64,000 bases of DNA from an uncultured archaeon (GCA_964476045.1 CAYYYJ010000001.1:50733-114732); one strand, 5' to 3'; shown: positions 1 to 9,440, counted from the first letter of the stretch. Program-made: numbers and translations. Notes: generated from the letters alone by a model not told the origin.

Positions 1-1210
1 CAGCCAATCGCATATCCGCGAATACTTTGAAATCCCTTGTTTTCCTGATTTCATCAAAAATTGTGTAGTCTGGCCTGACTAACAAAAGTATCTCGGCTGT
101 TTTTTCCCAGTCGCCATCTAAAGGCGCATACTGGGTGACCTCTTTTCCGACCTGAAGGTCTCTTGGCTGCTCGAATGTCTTGACTATTTTGCTTTTGGAG
201 ACGAGCATGTCAGCAACTGAAGCTGCGAAAGTTGACTTGCCAGATCCCGGAGGGCCTGCTATAAGGACGCCGACAGACTGGTCTGCTAACATTTGTTCCA
301 ATTTTTGATGTAACTTATAGTCTGCGAGATTTACCTTTGCGATTGGACGCACGGCTGTGACTTCTACAGCATCTGAGAATGGCGGACGGGCTATAGAAAT
401 TCTAAAGTTCCCAAGCTGTATTATCAAAGATCCGTAAGAACTCATTTCTATAAACGCGTCTTTCTGTGTCCTTGCTTTAAGAGCTATCTGGTCTGTGAGA
501 GCGCGCATTTCCTGTTCTGTCATTGGCTCTTCTCTCAATTTTACCAATTTCATTGCCCCTGGCTTCCCTTTTTTTGCCATCGGGACAACGTCTTCCTTTA
601 GATGGACAGATTGTGTGTCTTCTGTGAAAAAATCTTCTAGCCTTAGTTTCTCTTCTCTTAGGGGGACTGGACTATATTCAACTGAGATGCCCTCGACCTC
701 TGCTATAAGGGCTTGCACGTAATCAGAAGTCATCAAGACTGCTTTCTCTTTTGCAGCTGTATCCCTTATCAAAGCGTCTATCCTGCCTTTTTTGGCTAAC
801 TGGATCTCTTCCATTGTCGGACGCCTGCCTGTGAAAACAATTGTTATGCCCTTTTCTTTTCCAAGTTCTCTTATCCTTTTTATTTCCTGGAGTCCTTCGA
901 AACCGATGTCGCGGCTTCGGCTGGCCTGGGCTTGTAGCTCATCGAGAACCATCACAGGGATCACTATTCTAGTGTCTTTGAACTTCCCTTCTTTGAGAAG
1001 CTTTGATATTTTTCCCTGTATCAAAATAGAAGTATCTGGAACTATTGATCTTGGCTTTTTATCATCTTTCCCCAGACTTTCCTCGACTATCTTTTCTATC
1101 TCTTTCATCTCTTTTTTCAATTTTTGCTGGTCTTCTTTTTTAGAAGCATCGCTTTCGTTTATTTTTATTTTACTTTCTTCTACTGTTTCAGTAGTATTTT
1201 CATTTTTCAT
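1..1210 (-). CDS. PIN-domain ATPase (PilT/PhoH-like archaeal type), 5' end complete, C-terminus runs off window start
   Basis: Reverse-strand translation starts MKNENTTE at 1210; contains PIN-like segment IVPDTSILIQG and Walker A GPPGSGKST; not in ORF track because it is truncated by the window edge. Confidence 0.6.
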   Translation of the reverse strand, partial: MKNENTTETVEESKIKINESDASKKEDQQKLKKEMKEIEKIVEESLGKDDKKPRSIVPDTSILIQGKISKLLKEGKFKDTRIVIPVMVLDELQAQASRSRDIGFEGLQEIKRIRELGKEKGITIVFTGRRPTMEEIQLAKKGRIDALIRDTAAKEKAVLMTSDYVQALIAEVEGISVEYSPVPLREEKLRLEDFFTEDTQSVHLKEDVVPMAKKGKPGAMKLVKLREEPMTEQEMRALTDQIALKARTQKDAFIEMSSYGSLIIQLGNFRISIARPPFSDAVEVTAVRPIAKVNLADYKLHQKLEQMLADQSVGVLIAGPPGSGKSTFAASVADMLVSKSKIVKTFEQPRDLQVGKEVTQYAPLDGDWEKTAEILLLVRPDYTIFDEIRKTRDFKVFADMRLA

Positions 1211-1383
1211 ATTTTTCGTTCCTTTTTTAAAATATAGAGTCTTATTACAGTAAACGAACAGAAGTAGACTGCAGTTCTAATCTGATAACCTTTACTTGAG
1301 CTAACTTGTAGCTTATTATCGATTCTATTTGCGTAGATATAGTAATAACGGATATATAAAGATTGGCTAAAAATATAACAGTG

Positions 1384-1704
1384 TTATTCAGGCAGGTGTT
1401 TTCTCCTATGGGCATCAACAACATCAGATGGGTCCAAAGAACCTATTCTTTCGTATTGTTCACGTAATCCTAGATCAGCAGCTGCATTTTCTAATTCAAA
1501 ACTGTCCAATCTTCCGTTTCTGTCTGAATCGTAGGACCTTAAAATTATCTCAGCTCTCCTTTTAGTGATGCTATTTGTGTTTATGTAGCAGACAGAACCA
1601 AGCATAGCCAAACCTATACCAAGAACAGCAGCGTAAGACCTGTAATTAGTTCGCCTATCTCGCGTAGAAAGGCCTGCCAAAGCATTTGGGTTTACCATAC
1701 ACAA
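1384..1704 (-). CDS. small membrane protein with a canonical EF-hand Ca-binding loop
   Basis: Hydrophobic segment AAVLGIGLAMLGSVCYI followed by DSDRNGRLDSFE (DxDxNGxxDxxE 12-residue EF-hand loop). Confidence 0.45.
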   Translation of the reverse strand: MCMVNPNALAGLSTRDRRTNYRSYAAVLGIGLAMLGSVCYINTNSITKRRAEIILRSYDSDRNGRLDSFELENAAADLGLREQYERIGSLDPSDVVDAHRRKHLPE

Positions 1705-1784
1705 TAAGAAAGCCGGAATTTATAAAGGTTTGTTTTAACCACTTTGAAGAAATTAATTAATGCTTGAATATAACAGTGTTATAT

Positions 1785-2546
1785 CTACTTCTCCACCAGC
1801 TGAAAACTAGCCTCCCCGCCTGACTTGCTGATCTCACCCGTGATGCTCTCTGCCTCAGCTGTCATTTTGCTTTTTAGCTCTTTGTAATTCTTCCCTGTCC
1901 CTACAAGCATGTAATTGGGAGCGGATATGTACTTTACCTCGTAACCTTTAACAGCCGAAAGTGTCTTCTTTATCACCTCGACGCCATTTTCTTTGTAAGA
2001 AATTAATTTCAAAGCCACTCTAAGTTCATGAATTTTCTGGGAAGCGTTTTTCTCGATGAAAACTAGTATTTCTGACTTCCATTTTTCAGGCAGTTCCCTT
2101 TTCCTGAAAATCTCCTGGTTTTCCTCAGCCATTTTAAAGGCTTTTGTCAGCGAACCAAACTCGTTTTGCAAAGTATAGCCTACTTCTGCATAAGCTTGGT
2201 CTAGCGTTTTATTCAAATTCTTTGCTATGAGCTCTAAAACTTTTTCAGATTTCTTTTCCCTCTTAAATTCGTTTAATTTCCTGTCGCCTTCTTCCTTGCT
2301 GAGCCTTTTTGCAGAGAGTATAATTGTATTTGTCCTTCTGTCAACATCCATTACTTTACAAACTATGTATTGCCCTTCTTTCAAGAACTCGCGGATGTCA
2401 CGAACCCACCTTTTGGCTACTTCAGATGCGTGGATGAGCCCGATTGTTTTGTATTCTATAACATCGCAGGAAGCAGAATGCTGGTCGATTTTCGTGACTC
2501 TGCAAATAACCAGATCATGCCTTTTCGGATAATTTCCATCGCTCAT
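1785..2546 (-). CDS. eif2a: translation initiation factor 2 alpha subunit (aIF2-alpha)
   Basis: N-terminal S1 domain (PKRHDLVICRVTKI...GLIHASEV...YIVCKVMDVD) and characteristic aIF2alpha helical/C-terminal domain; sits in the conserved L44e-S27e-aIF2alpha archaeal operon. Confidence 0.9.
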   Translation of the reverse strand: MSDGNYPKRHDLVICRVTKIDQHSASCDVIEYKTIGLIHASEVAKRWVRDIREFLKEGQYIVCKVMDVDRRTNTIILSAKRLSKEEGDRKLNEFKREKKSEKVLELIAKNLNKTLDQAYAEVGYTLQNEFGSLTKAFKMAEENQEIFRKRELPEKWKSEILVFIEKNASQKIHELRVALKLISYKENGVEVIKKTLSAVKGYEVKYISAPNYMLVGTGKNYKELKSKMTAEAESITGEISKSGGEASFQLVEK

Positions 2547-2595
2547 AAGTATGATTTAGAATATGCTTCTTAGTGTGAATGCCTTGATCAGTCTA

Positions 2596-2763
2596 CTAAG
2601 AAACTTTGGCAGATATAATTTCAGCTTTGATATTAGCTTTCGCTGCCCTCGGTTCTGCCAGAACTTCATTGCAAACCAAGCATTTAACAAGAGTGGATGG
2701 CCTACTAAAAATTACCTGTTCGTTCTTGCACTTGCATTTTACTTTTAGGAATTCGTTCGCCAT
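2596..2763 (-). CDS. rps27e: 30S ribosomal protein S27e
   Basis: C4 zinc-ribbon FLKVKCKCKNEQVIFSRPSTLVKCLVCNEVLAEP typical of S27e; start moved to internal MANEF of the 2596..2799 ORF to fit the S27e length. Confidence 0.85.
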   Translation of the reverse strand: MANEFLKVKCKCKNEQVIFSRPSTLVKCLVCNEVLAEPRAAKANIKAEIISAKVS

Positions 2764-2832
2764 CTTAAAACCTCCAGCGGGTTTTAAGGAATCCAGCAAC
2801 CACTGGAAACCTTCTTCTATTTTCTAAAAATC

Positions 2833-3117
2833 TTATTGCAATTCGTATTTCTTTGCTCTAAATCCTTTTCTAAGATGCTGTTTCTTGCAGACACTGCAAA
2901 GATAACTGAGATTCAATTTCTTTGTTGGCTTGCCCTCGCCTTTTGGGTTAGGCCTTGGAAAACCGCCATAACCAGCCATCTTTCTTTCGAACCTTCTTTG
3001 CGACTGGGACTCTGGACGCTTGCTGCTTCTAGCCCTTTTCTTGACTATCTTTACTGTGTGCTCTGTATGCTTCCTGCACTTAGGGCAATAGGTCCTTACT
3101 AGTTTTGGCGCTTTCAT
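2833..3117 (-). CDS. rpl44e: 50S ribosomal protein L44e (eL42)
   Basis: [22 protein letters not shown] ... SVCKK zinc-binding L44e signature, 94 aa. Confidence 0.9.
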   Translation of the reverse strand: MKAPKLVRTYCPKCRKHTEHTVKIVKKRARSSKRPESQSQRRFERKMAGYGGFPRPNPKGEGKPTKKLNLSYLCSVCKKQHLRKGFRAKKYELQ

Positions 3118-3153
3118 AATCTGCTTATTCTATTCCCAGATTTAGAATATTAG

Positions 3154-3165
3154 GTTTAAATAAGT
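3154..3165 (-). promoter_or_regulatory. candidate TATA box (TTATTTAAA on minus strand) upstream of the L44e-S27e-aIF2alpha operon
   Basis: AT-rich TATA-like element about 45 nt upstream of the L44e start codon on the coding strand. Confidence 0.3.
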
Positions 3166-3170
3166 CTCTG

Positions 3171-3686
3171 CTACGCTTTAACTGGTTGAGTGCCCTCTAT
3201 CCTCTCAGAAATACCCTTCTTTACTAAAAGTTCAGCTATCGGTTTTGGGACAGTAGCCATATCCCCTGACTTGAACGGCCCATACTTCTTCATATTAGTG
3301 CCAACAAATTCTTCTACATCCTGGAAAAATACCAAAAATTCCTCCTTCTCTTTTATGTCCATCTGCTTCTCAACTTTTTGGCGGAAGGATTTGATGACAT
3401 TCACTAAACTGTTAAAAAGTTCCTGTTCTTCGAGAGTCAGATTATCCAGAGTAACATTAGCCTTCACTGCGTTTATTGCCGAGTTGATTATTTTCTTCTC
3501 CCTGAGGTCTATAATATCCTGCAGCCTTCTTCGCGCAGACTCCAATTTCCATTCCTCCTCTGCAACTTTTGCTTTCTTATCCAGATAATTCAAAGCTTCG
3601 ACAAAAAAATCTTCTGGAATAGCGGTTAGTCTCCCTGTCGCTTTTTCCTCGTCTAAAATTTTTCTGATAGATTCGTAAGTTAGCAT
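3171..3686 (-). CDS. putative GINS subunit (Gins51/Gins15-like)
   Basis: Helical N-terminus MLTYESIRKILDEEKATGRLTAIPEDFFVEALNYL resembles GINS A-domain openings; about 170 aa; located in the same operon as the primase gene, as gins15 is in several archaea. Confidence 0.45.
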   Translation of the reverse strand: MLTYESIRKILDEEKATGRLTAIPEDFFVEALNYLDKKAKVAEEEWKLESARRRLQDIIDLREKKIINSAINAVKANVTLDNLTLEEQELFNSLVNVIKSFRQKVEKQMDIKEKEEFLVFFQDVEEFVGTNMKKYGPFKSGDMATVPKPIAELLVKKGISERIEGTQPVKA

Positions 3687-3694
3687 ATTTTAGA

Positions 3695-4537
3695 TCACCT
3701 TAAACTGAGTAAACTATCTGGTGGGTCACTCAGACCTCTTGATGAAGCTCTCATTACTTGAGATAAAGTTAGTTGACTATCCAGTCTAAATCCGCGAGCA
3801 CTGGTTAAGACCTTCCCCATCTCCCTATCAAATTCTCTAGAACCAGGCTCGTATACTCTAGGGATACAAATTACTCTTTCCTCTGACGAGTCCACAAGAC
3901 CTTTTTTCCGTTGTACCGTCACTTTAATTAATCTACTGTCTATTCCAAAATCCATTTCCCTAGACTCATATGGATGTATTTCGTCTTGAACTGGTTCTAC
4001 GACTATCAATGATGTTGAGCAATACTGATTCGGAACTTTTCCTTTTAGGGGTGTTCGAATAAGAACTTCTACACGTCTCTTTGTTCCGCGTTCTTTTAGA
4101 ATACCGTTATAAGAAAGATCTAGATAAGTTTCCTTCCCCCCATCAGGCCGTTTAGGAGAAATCATATATCTTAAACTGAACTCTTGGCCCAACTTATCAG
4201 TAAAATCTTTTGAGACCACGCTAGTTGGATTTGTATGAGGATTGCCATCCAAATAGGATAAAAAGGCATTCAGAACAAGACCGGAATTGAGTTTTATCCC
4301 CTCTACTCCATGAGGAGCATAAATGCTATTTTCGGCGACAATAACCCCATTCACATTAGATTTTCCAAATCTTTTTCTTATTTCATCGCCATTATCTTTT
4401 CTATGCAATGTTACGTAAACAAGACCACAAGATAACGTATGCTCCCTAAAGAACAAGCGTCTTCCTTCTGAAACAAACTCAACATCCAGATTTCTCTCAG
4501 ATTTGGCTGAATAATCAATAGTTGGACGTAATGCCAT
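3695..4537 (-). CDS. hypothetical protein (no recognisable domain), between primase and GINS-like genes
   Basis: 280-aa ORF with Arg/Gly/Pro/Ser-rich composition unlike its Lys-rich neighbours; tightly packed in the priS-X-gins operon. Confidence 0.5.
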   Translation of the reverse strand: MALRPTIDYSAKSERNLDVEFVSEGRRLFFREHTLSCGLVYVTLHRKDNGDEIRKRFGKSNVNGVIVAENSIYAPHGVEGIKLNSGLVLNAFLSYLDGNPHTNPTSVVSKDFTDKLGQEFSLRYMISPKRPDGGKETYLDLSYNGILKERGTKRRVEVLIRTPLKGKVPNQYCSTSLIVVEPVQDEIHPYESREMDFGIDSRLIKVTVQRKKGLVDSSEERVICIPRVYEPGSREFDREMGKVLTSARGFRLDSQLTLSQVMRASSRGLSDPPDSLLSLR

Positions 4538-4573
4538 ATTCTTCCTGCTATTGATGTAGAAATAACCTTTAAA

Positions 4574-5923
4574 TTATAAACTTCCTCCAGAATTCCAGCT
4601 CTCTATCCTTTCAAATTTCTTTTTGCCTGGTTTTCTGGCCAATCTGGGGGCCTTGGGCTTGTATGAACTCATTATCTTTACAGGATAGTTAATTGGGTTT
4701 TTCAGAAGTATTTTCGGCTGGCCGCAGATTCTGTCAGGCTTGCAGACAGTATCATACCAGCCAACAGATTTCTCTGATGGACAGTTAGGCGGTGGAAGCG
4801 TTTTATCTTTATTCAAATGCCATCTCAGCTGGCTCCTGATATAGGATTCTGGGAGCGGGGGAGAATTTTTCTGGTTCCATTCATTTATGTATTTCTCTAC
4901 ATCTTGCTCTGTCCATTTGGCTGCTTTCAGGAAGTTTATCAGGATAAAGACCCCTCTTTTCCTTCCGTCAGCAACCCCAGCTGAGATGTTCTTTATGCAC
5001 GGAGGGAAGATATCCTGCTTTATCGAGGATGTGATCTCAACTCTCCTGCTCTCCTTTATTTTCTCTGACTTTTCTGTTTTATTATAAAAATCTAATGTCT
5101 CTCCGATAAGGAGGTCTAACTCGCCTTCTTCTCCTGTATCCAAAAACCCTACAGTAGCATCGATTTTTTCTGGCACAGCATCCTCTTGCCTGAACTCCTC
5201 TAAGTCCTCTAGATTAACAGGAAGTGAAACCCAAAATTTTTTCATGTTCAGTGAATACGGCAGCCTGAAAAGATGCCTTGCAGACAACAAGATAGGATCA
5301 ATATCTACAATTTCAAAAGGATTTACCCCATCGCGTGTCATTATTTTTCCGAGAGGCTTTGAAGCCTGCTGTGCTAGTTCCTCAGGACTGTATTTCTTCA
5401 GCAAGGCTTTTTCTAAATCATCTTTAACCCTGGTTTTGAGGAAAGAAGCAACCTTTCTCGCAAGATCTGGGAACTGGTTTACAGTGGATTTATAATCTAT
5501 TTTCTTGGGTAGAGATTTCCAACTCAGACCTAAATGGAATCCAGTTCCCCCTGTAAATTTTATTGAGAGATTATGGACGCCAAATTTTTTCAGCTCTTTA
5601 GCTATTACCAAAGCTGCAATCTTTCCGTGATCGAACAGATCGCAATCCAAATCAAGAACAATATCCCATCCAACTCTGAGATCATTATAATTCCCTTCTT
5701 TTATAGAAGATGGGTTTGACCAGTGCTCTAAAGATCCGTGAAGCTCTATCACGCCAGATTTTGCCATTGTTGTTATATCTGTGGGAAATATGAGCGTGCC
5801 CGGCCTTTTGCTGAAAGCGCCTGTTTCATAAACTCCTGCAACCTCCCTGTTTGCAGAGACCTTGAGAAGCGCCTGCTGGATGTCTGGCCTGGAATAATAA
5901 TCAAGAACCTGCTGCCTGTCCAT
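4574..5923 (-). CDS. priS: DNA primase catalytic subunit PriS fused to a PriL C-terminal-like Fe-S domain
   Basis: AEP catalytic motif GWDIVLDLDCD and FTGGTGFH; C-terminal extension with FPPC plus three further Cys (NCPS, VCKP, ICGQ) resembling the PriL-CTD 4Fe-4S domain; 449 aa versus about 330-350 for a stand-alone PriS. Confidence 0.75.
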   Translation of the reverse strand: MDRQQVLDYYSRPDIQQALLKVSANREVAGVYETGAFSKRPGTLIFPTDITTMAKSGVIELHGSLEHWSNPSSIKEGNYNDLRVGWDIVLDLDCDLFDHGKIAALVIAKELKKFGVHNLSIKFTGGTGFHLGLSWKSLPKKIDYKSTVNQFPDLARKVASFLKTRVKDDLEKALLKKYSPEELAQQASKPLGKIMTRDGVNPFEIVDIDPILLSARHLFRLPYSLNMKKFWVSLPVNLEDLEEFRQEDAVPEKIDATVGFLDTGEEGELDLLIGETLDFYNKTEKSEKIKESRRVEITSSIKQDIFPPCIKNISAGVADGRKRGVFILINFLKAAKWTEQDVEKYINEWNQKNSPPLPESYIRSQLRWHLNKDKTLPPPNCPSEKSVGWYDTVCKPDRICGQPKILLKNPINYPVKIMSSYKPKAPRLARKPGKKKFERIESWNSGGSL

Positions 5924-6045
5924 ATGTTCTCATTTACTCTTAGATTTATAAACAAGAATAAGTTATTGGATCACGTGAGTGTTTCGGCTTCCAGAAAACT
6001 GTTCTTTTTCAATGCACTTTGTTTTTCCTACACAAACTTTCATAA

Positions 6046-8544
6046 TTAGCTATACTTCTCAATTATCTTTAAGCTTCTTTCCAATTCATCTATCGATTCG
6101 AGCATGCTCTCTTTTAGGAGCAATGGCAACTTCTTATTTTTCCCTAGGAACGCTTTACATTTTTTCAAAAATCCTTCTTCAACATAAACAGACGGGAACA
6201 GGTTGTCAAAGAAGTCCTCTGCATATTTCCTGTTCTTCTTTTCGAAAATCTCCAATATTTCTTTGAAAAAAGAATCGGAAAATTTCCTGAGGCCTTCTTT
6301 CTGCTTCCTGGAAAAGAACCTTGACATCCCAGTTCTCAGATAATCCAAAGAATATCCTTCACCTTTCACAAAAAGGTTCCAGTGCTCCTTCTTCTTTTCC
6401 GCTTTTGCAACTTTAGCTGCAAAAGCCTCTTTCTGGCCTTTATCGCTGCTATCTTTTTTTAACTCATTCTCTATCAGTAAATCTGTTTTAGGGTGACCGA
6501 AAACAGCAAGCCTATTTATGGACGCCCATCTCTGCTCTTGGTTAAATGGGAAATCTTTTATTTTCAACTTATTCTCTAAAAGTTCCACTACACGTTCGGG
6601 ATTTTTGCAGCCTCCTATACAAGAAGAAAGCAGATTAAACCAAACGTCTTTTAGCTCCCTGTCCATATTTTTTTGTATATTCTCTAGTGCAAAGCTGTAG
6701 ATTTTTTCGCAGTAAGTGAAGTAGTCTTCATCCTTCAAATAAGAGCCCAGTATCCCAGAAGCTCTGTTGAAAAGGGATTCGAGGATAAAGAGATTTTTTT
6801 CTTCAGGCGCTTTTTCTATAACAAGCTGTAAATATTTTTTCGGATCAAGAAAGGCATCCCTGACGCTCTGCCAAAGCGAACCATAGACCATCTGCCTTGA
6901 AAGGTCGTCCTGTATTTTCTGTATATTTTTTAGGGCATAGTTGACAGAACCTTCGTTGAGCCTTTCCTTCACATAATCATGGTCATTGTAATTCAATAAT
7001 ACAATATCAGGCTTCTCAGTTTTAGGGTCAACTTCTGTTAATACTCCTTTGTACTCGACAGAAAGCTCCTTTTGAACCCTTCCGTCTTTCAGAAAAGCTA
7101 TCTGACACCTATGCTCCCTAAGAAGGTTGTTTTTTAGCGAAGGATTTTGGACTATCCCAAGAGACTCCACTCGATTCCCTTCTGTCCTTATCATATATTC
7201 TATTGTATTCACTCCCGTAGTCTCAAGCCACATCTTTGCCCAGTTATCAAGGGATTTGCCACTCGATTTTTCCATGCACCCAAGAAAATCTTTGAGTGAT
7301 GTATTTGACCACTGGTATTTTTTGAAGTAAATCGAAAGCCCTTTTTTGAAAGCCTCCTCGCCAATAAAAAACATCAGTTGTTTGAGCACAGCAGCGCCTT
7401 TAGAATAGCTGATCCCATCGAAATTGCTGAAAGCCACATCAGTATCAGGCGCGTCAGCTGCTATTGGATGGGTTGTGACCCATTGATCTTCCACATACGC
7501 CCATGCCTTCCTCGCATAAAAGCTCTGCCATCCTTCTTTAAACTCTGTTGCTTGAACCAAGCCCAGGTAAGACAAGAAATCTGCAAAGCTCTCGTTCAAC
7601 CAGAGATCGTCCCACCATTTCATTGTCACAAGGTCGCCAAACCACATGTGCACCATCTCATGCAAAACAACATCGGCGAGAGTCGAACGCTCTGTCCTTC
7701 TTGGCTCATATCTGAACAGAAACCTTTCAGTGAACGTCACAGCGCCTACGTTCTCCATCGCACCGTGGTTGAACTCCGGAACAAATATTTGGTCGTACTT
7801 CTCAAAAGGGTATGGGAAATCAAAAAACTTCTGGTAAAATTCAAGGCCTTGCTTCGTGAAAGTGAACATGTCCTTATCTCTCAGGTATTTCTTCATTGAT
7901 TGCCTGCAAAATAGTCTGAGAGGTATTTTGCCTGATTTGTTCTGGACAGAGTGGAATTCTCCAACACTTAAGTGAAATAGATAAGTACTGAATCTAGGAG
8001 TTTGCTTGAAAAAAGTTGTTTTAAAATCGTTTTTATTCTCTACTTTTTCTTCCAGTGTGTTGGAAATCAAAGTCCATTCTTTTGGGGCCGTGACAGTCAA
8101 TTTGTATGTGGCTTTGATATCCGGCTGGTCAAAGCATGGGAACAGCCTGTGCGCATCGTAAGGCTCAAATTGCGTGTAGATATATTCTCTCTTGTCTTCA
8201 GGGTCTGTGAAATGGTGGAACCCTGTGCCTGTTTTATCGTATTCGTTTTCGTACTCAACTTCAATTTTGTTTTCTCCCTTTTTCAGCTGAGATTTATTTA
8301 TGATTAACGCAAAGCCTTCCTGTTTAAAATCAGATTTTTTATTGTTTACCCTCAGTATTTTGACATTTCCAATAAAATCTATTTTCAAATCGTCTTTAAT
8401 ATTTTTCAAAATAAAGTTGAGCTCGCATTTGCCTGAATAGGCCTTGCTGTTCTTTTTCAGGGAGACCTGTATTTTATAACTGACATCGCTTATCGCGGAT
8501 GTCCTTTTTTCTGCAAACTTTCTTGTCAGGATGTCTTCTGCCAT
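6046..8544 (-). CDS. pepN: aminopeptidase N (M1 family gluzincin)
   Basis: HEMVHMWFGDLVT (HExxH) followed by WLNESFA glutamate motif; 832 aa. Confidence 0.9.
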   Translation of the reverse strand: MAEDILTRKFAEKRTSAISDVSYKIQVSLKKNSKAYSGKCELNFILKNIKDDLKIDFIGNVKILRVNNKKSDFKQEGFALIINKSQLKKGENKIEVEYENEYDKTGTGFHHFTDPEDKREYIYTQFEPYDAHRLFPCFDQPDIKATYKLTVTAPKEWTLISNTLEEKVENKNDFKTTFFKQTPRFSTYLFHLSVGEFHSVQNKSGKIPLRLFCRQSMKKYLRDKDMFTFTKQGLEFYQKFFDFPYPFEKYDQIFVPEFNHGAMENVGAVTFTERFLFRYEPRRTERSTLADVVLHEMVHMWFGDLVTMKWWDDLWLNESFADFLSYLGLVQATEFKEGWQSFYARKAWAYVEDQWVTTHPIAADAPDTDVAFSNFDGISYSKGAAVLKQLMFFIGEEAFKKGLSIYFKKYQWSNTSLKDFLGCMEKSSGKSLDNWAKMWLETTGVNTIEYMIRTEGNRVESLGIVQNPSLKNNLLREHRCQIAFLKDGRVQKELSVEYKGVLTEVDPKTEKPDIVLLNYNDHDYVKERLNEGSVNYALKNIQKIQDDLSRQMVYGSLWQSVRDAFLDPKKYLQLVIEKAPEEKNLFILESLFNRASGILGSYLKDEDYFTYCEKIYSFALENIQKNMDRELKDVWFNLLSSCIGGCKNPERVVELLENKLKIKDFPFNQEQRWASINRLAVFGHPKTDLLIENELKKDSSDKGQKEAFAAKVAKAEKKKEHWNLFVKGEGYSLDYLRTGMSRFFSRKQKEGLRKFSDSFFKEILEIFEKKNRKYAEDFFDNLFPSVYVEEGFLKKCKAFLGKNKKLPLLLKESMLESIDELERSLKIIEKYS

Positions 8545-8551
8545 ATTTACT

Positions 8552-8887
8552 CTAGACCAGCTCGTGCTCCCAGATATTAAGGTTGAGCCTGTGGTTGTTA
8601 GAAATGAAGCCTTTGGTCAGCGGGGTCGAGATATAATCAACAGTAGTTTTTACAAAAATCTTTTTTCTTGCTAAAAAGTTTATCATGCCTAGCGTGTCCC
8701 TGTCAGAGAAAACATGTATCTGGCCGTGTTTTTTTATTATTTTATCTGTTTTTGTTTTTTTATCGAAAACCAAATCGAACTTTATGCCACAACAGTCATC
8801 GGCTTTCTTCAGCCTCAGCCCATAGCCTTTCCTATCAGCGAGCAACTGGGTCACCACGTGCACAGCCTTTTGAGTGAGGTCTATCAT
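8552..8887 (-). CDS. HesB/IscA-like protein (degenerate, lacks the C-terminal Cys pair)
   Basis: MIDLTQKAVHVVTQLL...GYGLRLKKADDCCGIKFDLVFD matches the IscA N-terminal fold and first Cys; no C-terminal CxC. Confidence 0.5.
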   Translation of the reverse strand: MIDLTQKAVHVVTQLLADRKGYGLRLKKADDCCGIKFDLVFDKKTKTDKIIKKHGQIHVFSDRDTLGMINFLARKKIFVKTTVDYISTPLTKGFISNNHRLNLNIWEHELV

Positions 8888-8891
8888 AATA

Positions 8892-9440
8892 TTACTTCTC
8901 CAACTGGTCTAGTATTCCTACAATTTCGTCGAATTTGCTGAACCTGATAACATTGCTTCCCTTGACATTCCTGTTCCAAGGCCTGTCTTTGAGCAGAAGT
9001 ATTTTGTTTCCGTCTAGGCTCTGATGCAAATTCGGATTATCTTCTATATAAATGTCATAATCGAGTTCATGCTTATTCGAATGTATAATAAAATTATTGT
9101 GAGGCACTGTATTTTTCAAAATCCATTTATTCAGGACTTCTGGAACAGCTGTTGCAGTTACTATATCGACAGTATAATCCTGTTTTAATTCCGCGAGAAC
9201 AGATTTTACACTGGAATCAGTAAACTGGACATTCTCCCAGTTTTCTAGCCAGAGGTTATGTACAAGGTCTATGCAAGATTTTGTATCAAGTCCGAGCTCT
9301 CGCGCTTTCCCTTCAAATCCCCATCCTGTTATATCTTCAACTGAAAACTGTGTTCCAAATTTCGCGGAGATATGATCACAGAATATGGAATGTATATCTG
9401 CAATCGTCCCGTCAACATCGACGAGTATCTTTTGCCCCAT
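8892..9440 (-). CDS. HAD-superfamily 5'(3')-deoxyribonucleotidase-like hydrolase
   Basis: N-terminal HAD motif I ILVDVDGTIAD; size and layout like the NT5C family. Confidence 0.55.
   Translation of the reverse strand: MGQKILVDVDGTIADIHSIFCDHISAKFGTQFSVEDITGWGFEGKARELGLDTKSCIDLVHNLWLENWENVQFTDSSVKSVLAELKQDYTVDIVTATAVPEVLNKWILKNTVPHNNFIIHSNKHELDYDIYIEDNPNLHQSLDGNKILLLKDRPWNRNVKGSNVIRFSKFDEIVGILDQLEK

Noticed and set aside
792-1253. 153-aa plus-strand ORF of low-complexity Ser/Phe/Ile-rich sequence
   Set aside because: It lies entirely antisense to the well-supported PIN-ATPase gene and has no motifs. It is most likely a mirror ORF produced by the AT-rich composition.
7378-7899. 173-aa plus-strand ORF inside the aminopeptidase N gene
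   Set aside because: It is antisense to a confidently identified 832-aa M1 peptidase with intact HExxH and NESFA motifs. The composition is typical of shadow ORFs.
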